From a virus, in the IMG/VR virus record IMGVR_UViG_3300048818_000230, positions 1 through 64,000 of that record: 64,000 bases of DNA; one strand, 5' to 3'. Below are positions 60,314-64,000 of the stretch, one piece after another. Under the pieces are notes generated by a model. The model was not told where the DNA came from, searched no databases, and was given only the letters and a program-made list of their open reading frames with translations. Positions within the stretch are counted from its first letter, which is position 1. The number at the start of each line of letters is the position of its first letter. A program made the position numbers and the translations under genes.

Positions 60314-60564
60314 AGCCCAGGAGAACTCCCTCATGCAACTTCGTCTACCGCCTCGAGGACGGGAACGAGGACAGCGACCTTCACGTCCAGCAGATCGTCG
60401 AAGGCAATAAGGCGATCATCCGCTCCGTCTGGCAGCCGACTGATGGCGAGCGCGAGAAGCTGATCGCCGGCGCGAACATCGAGTTGCTCGTGTGGGGCTC
60501 AGAGACACCGCCTGTATCGGTAGGCGTCACGGATGAGCAGCCGGGGAAAAGCTGGCGCGCTTGA
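60310..60564 (+). CDS. hypothetical protein
   Basis: GTGA overlap, 84 aa. Confidence 0.4.
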   Translation: MKPRRTPSCNFVYRLEDGNEDSDLHVQQIVEGNKAIIRSVWQPTDGEREKLIAGANIELLVWGSETPPVSVGVTDEQPGKSWRA

Positions 60565-60809
60565 GTGCCATATTGACGAGCCGCCAAGCAGAGTTCCTCT
60601 CGCTCATTGCGCAGGGAATGCATCGAGCGCAGATCGCAGAGCACTGTTTCGTCTCGCCTACGACCGTGTCTACCACACTCAGTTTCGCGCGTCAGCGACT
60701 CGAAGCGAAGACGCTTGCGCACGCGGTAGCGATCGCGATCAGGCACGATTTGCTCGTTCTTGGCCCTGATGGAATCGCTTTCGTGGCGAACGATTCACCC
60801 GCGCCATAG
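60561..60809 (+). CDS. LuxR/GerE-type HTH transcriptional regulator
   Basis: LTSRQAEFLSLIAQGMHRAQIAEHCFVSPTTVSTTLSFARQRL. Confidence 0.6.
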   Translation: MSAILTSRQAEFLSLIAQGMHRAQIAEHCFVSPTTVSTTLSFARQRLEAKTLAHAVAIAIRHDLLVLGPDGIAFVANDSPAP

Positions 60810-60871
60810 CAGATTCCATTACCTATATCTGAAGTATAGGAGCCTCAAGGTGGCTGCCTCATGCTGGACAG

Positions 60872-61123
60872 ATGTCAGCGGACGCGAGGCGCCCTGAGCA
60901 AACGCTGATCGTCGGCGGAAAGCTCCGGTGTCCGCGCTGCGGGACGGTAAGCGACATCTTGAGCTACTTCGTTTTCGATCGCCCATCACCCTATGAGGAC
61001 GAGCTGAACGTCGTCCTCAAGTGCCGCGCGAGGGTGCTTCAGAACAGTGGGAAGGTCGAGCCCTGCAGGTGCATTTTCAGCCCAGGGCCGTACACCGAGG
61101 AGCTGCTCAGTGCAACCGCTTAG
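60872..61123 (+). CDS. zinc-ribbon protein
   Basis: LRCPRCG...CRARV...CRC. Confidence 0.4.
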   Translation: MSADARRPEQTLIVGGKLRCPRCGTVSDILSYFVFDRPSPYEDELNVVLKCRARVLQNSGKVEPCRCIFSPGPYTEELLSATA

Positions 61124-61685
61124 CCTCGTCGAAGCTGGCGACGCACGGCTGGAGCGCATGCTCATGGGCGAAATCGATAGTCGGCTCGAGCTACTGCTCG
61201 CCAACTATCAGCGCGTCACTGCGGACCCGCGGAAGATGGGCTATCTGCGCTTCCTGCTCAAGCACTACGCAAAGTTTCCGCATCCGTGGCACCAGTGCGT
61301 ACACGACAACATGAAGCGCTTCGGCCCTGGCAAAACCGAAGCCTTGTGTGGTGTCCTGAAGGACACGATCCGTCAGACGACGTATTGGCGCCACGGCAAG
61401 CATGGTCACTCCAAAGTTCCTGATACGGGAGCGCCTGGAGTAGCAATCGGTGAAGCCGACAAGGGCGCCGCGCAGCCAGCATGGCATGGCGGCCACGGTC
61501 TCTCTGAGCGACCGATCAGCTTGCTCGACGAACTCGACGGTGAGTTTGGCGTCGTCGACCACTGCGAGCCGATCGCCGAGGTGTTCGAGGTGCTGGCGCA
61601 ACTCTCCGAGCACTGTGACGTGTATCGAGTGCTGATTGGTCTCGATGAACCTCCCAAGATCGCGGTGGCCGCATGCCTCCTCTAA
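61110..61685 (+). CDS. hypothetical protein
   Basis: GTG 61110 in the ORF-track frame, 191 aa. Overlaps the next gene by 13 nt. Confidence 0.4.
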   Translation: MQPLSLVEAGDARLERMLMGEIDSRLELLLANYQRVTADPRKMGYLRFLLKHYAKFPHPWHQCVHDNMKRFGPGKTEALCGVLKDTIRQTTYWRHGKHGHSKVPDTGAPGVAIGEADKGAAQPAWHGGHGLSERPISLLDELDGEFGVVDHCEPIAEVFEVLAQLSEHCDVYRVLIGLDEPPKIAVAACLL

Positions 61686-63967
61686 CGATCTCCACGGAAC
61701 TCGAGCAGAAGCACCTCGAACTCGCCCAGCACAAGCACACGCCGACCAAGGCGATGACTGCCATGTCGAAGCGCGGTGTGGCTGCGTCCAAGAACCACAA
61801 GATTCCCGATGCTTCTCTCGCTGTTGGCCGCAAGATCGCCGCAGGAGGACAGCTCAGTGACGATCACGTCGAGGCGATCGCCAACTTCCACGCTGGCCAC
61901 GAGTACGACTGCACCGTTGACGACTCGGCCAAGGGCGTCGAGGACATGGTCATGGGCGGTGCACCGGGAGCAGCTTGGTCTGCCGCGCGCTCTGCGGCGA
62001 TCGATGTCACGAGTCTCTCCGAGGACTCTCTCGAGCTTGGCGCCGATGACGTTCTGAGCCTTGAGATCTTCGTCCGCGATGGCATGGGTGAGCCGGTCGA
62101 ACTCGCCGACGACGATCCTGAGTTGATCTGGGCACCGATCCTGCGCTCAGGCACGCTCGCGACGCGGCCCGGTCCCTACGGCGAGAAGCTCCGCGAGCCG
62201 CTGATCATCGTGCCCGGCCTCACCGAGTCCCCTGGCACAGAGATCGGCCTCGAGAACCTGCTCAACAACTTCAAGGCCGGCGCCGTCCAGCACGTGACGA
62301 TCCCGACGACGCACGAGAACGGCGTCCTCGAGAACAACGGCTACATCGTCGACATGAAGATCGTCGATTCGACGAAGCGTCCTGGCGAGCGAGTTCTCGT
62401 TGGCGCGCACAAGATCACCGAGCCCGACGTCCTCGGTCGTATTCAGCGCGGATCGGTAGCCAATCGCTCCTGCGGGATCCTCCACGACTACGTCAACACC
62501 GAGACCGGCGCTCAGTACGACCAAGTCATCGAGCACACGGCGCTGACGAACAAGCCGTGGGTCCGCGGGATGGCCGCCTACGGAGATCTCGCCATCGAGG
62601 ATTTCTCGGATCGCTGCATCGTTCCGATGATGCTCTCGGAGGCGCCGACGGCACCTTCCGAAACCACCACTGAGCTGTCTTGGGACGGGAGCGCTGGTCG
62701 CTTTACTGACGCGCAGTATCAGCGCTCTTGCCTGATCGACCGCAAGAACGGGAAGCCGGCGAAAGAGCGCTGCTCATTGCCGGTTCGCGAGCCAGATGGC
62801 TCGCTCAATCCCGATGGCGTCCACTCTGCCGCTGGTCGAATCGCCGCACTCGGCGATGTCTCCACACAGCAGAAGCGTGCTGCGGCGAAGAAGCTGATCG
62901 CGCTCTATCACCAGATCAAAGAGGATCCGCCGCCGAATCTGCTCAAACTCGCCTCCGTCTCAACCAAGATGAGCGAGACCGAGCTCAAGCAGGAGCTTCT
63001 CGCCGATATCCAGTGGGGCGATGAGCCGTCGCTGAACGAGATCCGCTCCCAGCTCATCAGCCAGCTCGCCGATTTCCGCAATCAGGGCGAGCCCGGTGGC
63101 TATCCCTACTACTACGTGATGGACGTGACCGCCAACAAGGCGCTCGTCCAGATCGAGTACGGCGATCCCGACGGCCAAGACGATGCGTGGGTCGTTCCGT
63201 TCGACATCGGCGCTGACAGCAAGCTCACGCTCGCTGCTTTCAGCGAATGGTCGCCGGTCACTCAGCAGTGGGTGACCGACGAAGACGCAGCGCGCGACCA
63301 AGCCGAACTTGGCGCGCTGCTCGGTTCGCAAGGACTTCCAGTTCCAACCGCGCTCTCTGAGCGCGAAACACGGTCCCAGCTTTCGCAGGGGCGCCACAAC
63401 CAGCAAGGAGGGGCGATGCCGCCCACCACTCAGGAAACGCTGGATCGGCTCGAGCTCTCCGACGAGGCGAAGGCCGTATTCCAGAAGACGATGGACGAGA
63501 ACCGTGCCCTGGTCACTCGGCTCGCCGAGACCCAGAGCCAAGCGCGCAAGGCTGCGGTCACCACGCGCGTCGCTGAGCTGCAGGAGAAGGGTTTTACCCC
63601 CGGCTTCTGTGCTGAGTACGAGCGCATCGCGCTCGGCGATGACGGGCAGCCGGCAGTCGTGCTGAACCTCTCCGAGAATGGAGTTGCTCGCGACGTCGAT
63701 CACACGGCGACTCAGCTTGCCGATCGCCTGATCGCTGCGCTGCCGTTCGATGAGAGCGGCAAGTTCGCTCTCGCCGGACAGGCAAATCTCGTCGAGTCGC
63801 CGATCAGTGGTCGCCCCGCACTCAGTGCTGAGGATGCCGCTGCAGCCGCTGGCGAGGGCAAGCCCAAGGACGGCGATGCCCTGCTTGCCGACTGGAAGAA
63901 AGCAGACCCCCGGCTCATTGCCGAGTTCGAGGCGAAGCTCGCCCCCTCCCCAACCGCCAGCGCCTAG
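61673..63967 (+). CDS. head maturation protease / scaffold fusion (Mu gpI-like)
   Basis: 764 aa. The central region LIWAPILRSGTLATRPGPYGE...VTIPTTHENG...GAHKITEPDVLGRIQRGSVANRSCGI resembles Mu-like prophage protein I. Coiled, acidic C-terminus. Followed by a probable capsid gene. Confidence 0.5.
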   Translation: MPPLTISTELEQKHLELAQHKHTPTKAMTAMSKRGVAASKNHKIPDASLAVGRKIAAGGQLSDDHVEAIANFHAGHEYDCTVDDSAKGVEDMVMGGAPGAAWSAARSAAIDVTSLSEDSLELGADDVLSLEIFVRDGMGEPVELADDDPELIWAPILRSGTLATRPGPYGEKLREPLIIVPGLTESPGTEIGLENLLNNFKAGAVQHVTIPTTHENGVLENNGYIVDMKIVDSTKRPGERVLVGAHKITEPDVLGRIQRGSVANRSCGILHDYVNTETGAQYDQVIEHTALTNKPWVRGMAAYGDLAIEDFSDRCIVPMMLSEAPTAPSETTTELSWDGSAGRFTDAQYQRSCLIDRKNGKPAKERCSLPVREPDGSLNPDGVHSAAGRIAALGDVSTQQKRAAAKKLIALYHQIKEDPPPNLLKLASVSTKMSETELKQELLADIQWGDEPSLNEIRSQLISQLADFRNQGEPGGYPYYYVMDVTANKALVQIEYGDPDGQDDAWVVPFDIGADSKLTLAAFSEWSPVTQQWVTDEDAARDQAELGALLGSQGLPVPTALSERETRSQLSQGRHNQQGGAMPPTTQETLDRLELSDEAKAVFQKTMDENRALVTRLAETQSQARKAAVTTRVAELQEKGFTPGFCAEYERIALGDDGQPAVVLNLSENGVARDVDHTATQLADRLIAALPFDESGKFALAGQANLVESPISGRPALSAEDAAAAAGEGKPKDGDALLADWKKADPRLIAEFEAKLAPSPTASA

Positions 63968-63979
63968 TAGGAGGCAATA

Positions 63980-64000
63980 ATGCCCGCAAGTCCTCAAACT
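63980..64000 (+). CDS. start of next gene (probable major capsid protein), truncated by window end
   Basis: TAGGAGG RBS 5 nt upstream of ATG 63980. Position after the protease/scaffold gene. Confidence 0.3.

Overview
GC-rich window that reads as a temperate actinobacteriophage-like genome. All calls come from motif recognition by eye; no searches were run. Genes are tightly packed and often translationally coupled through ATGA/GTGA/TGATG overlaps. Layout: (1) 0.9-26.6 kb, plus strand: membrane proteins, SF2 helicase, RNase HI, a three-glycosyltransferase operon, DnaB, DnaG primase, gp32-like SSB, DnaE, RecA, Cas4/RecB-like nuclease and RuvC. (2) 26.8-33.7 kb: TerS, TerL and a 1510-aa portal-MuF fusion. 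(3) 34.4-37.7 kb: holin-like genes, GH24 lysozyme and unknowns. (4) 37.7-54.8 kb, all minus strand: NlpC/P60, an SLT-like gene missing from the ORF track (CTG start), a papain-like peptidase, a tRNA-Met 3'-half (attP candidate), JAB/MPN, HNH, tyrosine integrase, Xis, FtsK/SpoIIIE ATPase and about 20 small unknown genes. (5) a 0.95-kb non-coding divergent region. (6) 55.9-64 kb, plus strand: small genes, C5 DNA methyltransferase, LuxR-type HTH, Mu gpI-like protease/scaffold and the start of a probable capsid gene. Main findings: three canonical type II hammerhead ribozyme candidates sit in intergenic spacers of one minus-strand operon. Four inteins lie in three proteins: a class 3 (WCT) intein in the RecA P-loop, two in the portal, and one in an acidic protein of unknown function. 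A Mu-like head module is split by about 28 kb. There are also recurrent promoter/operator-like motifs. I found no CRISPR array, rRNA or complete tRNA.
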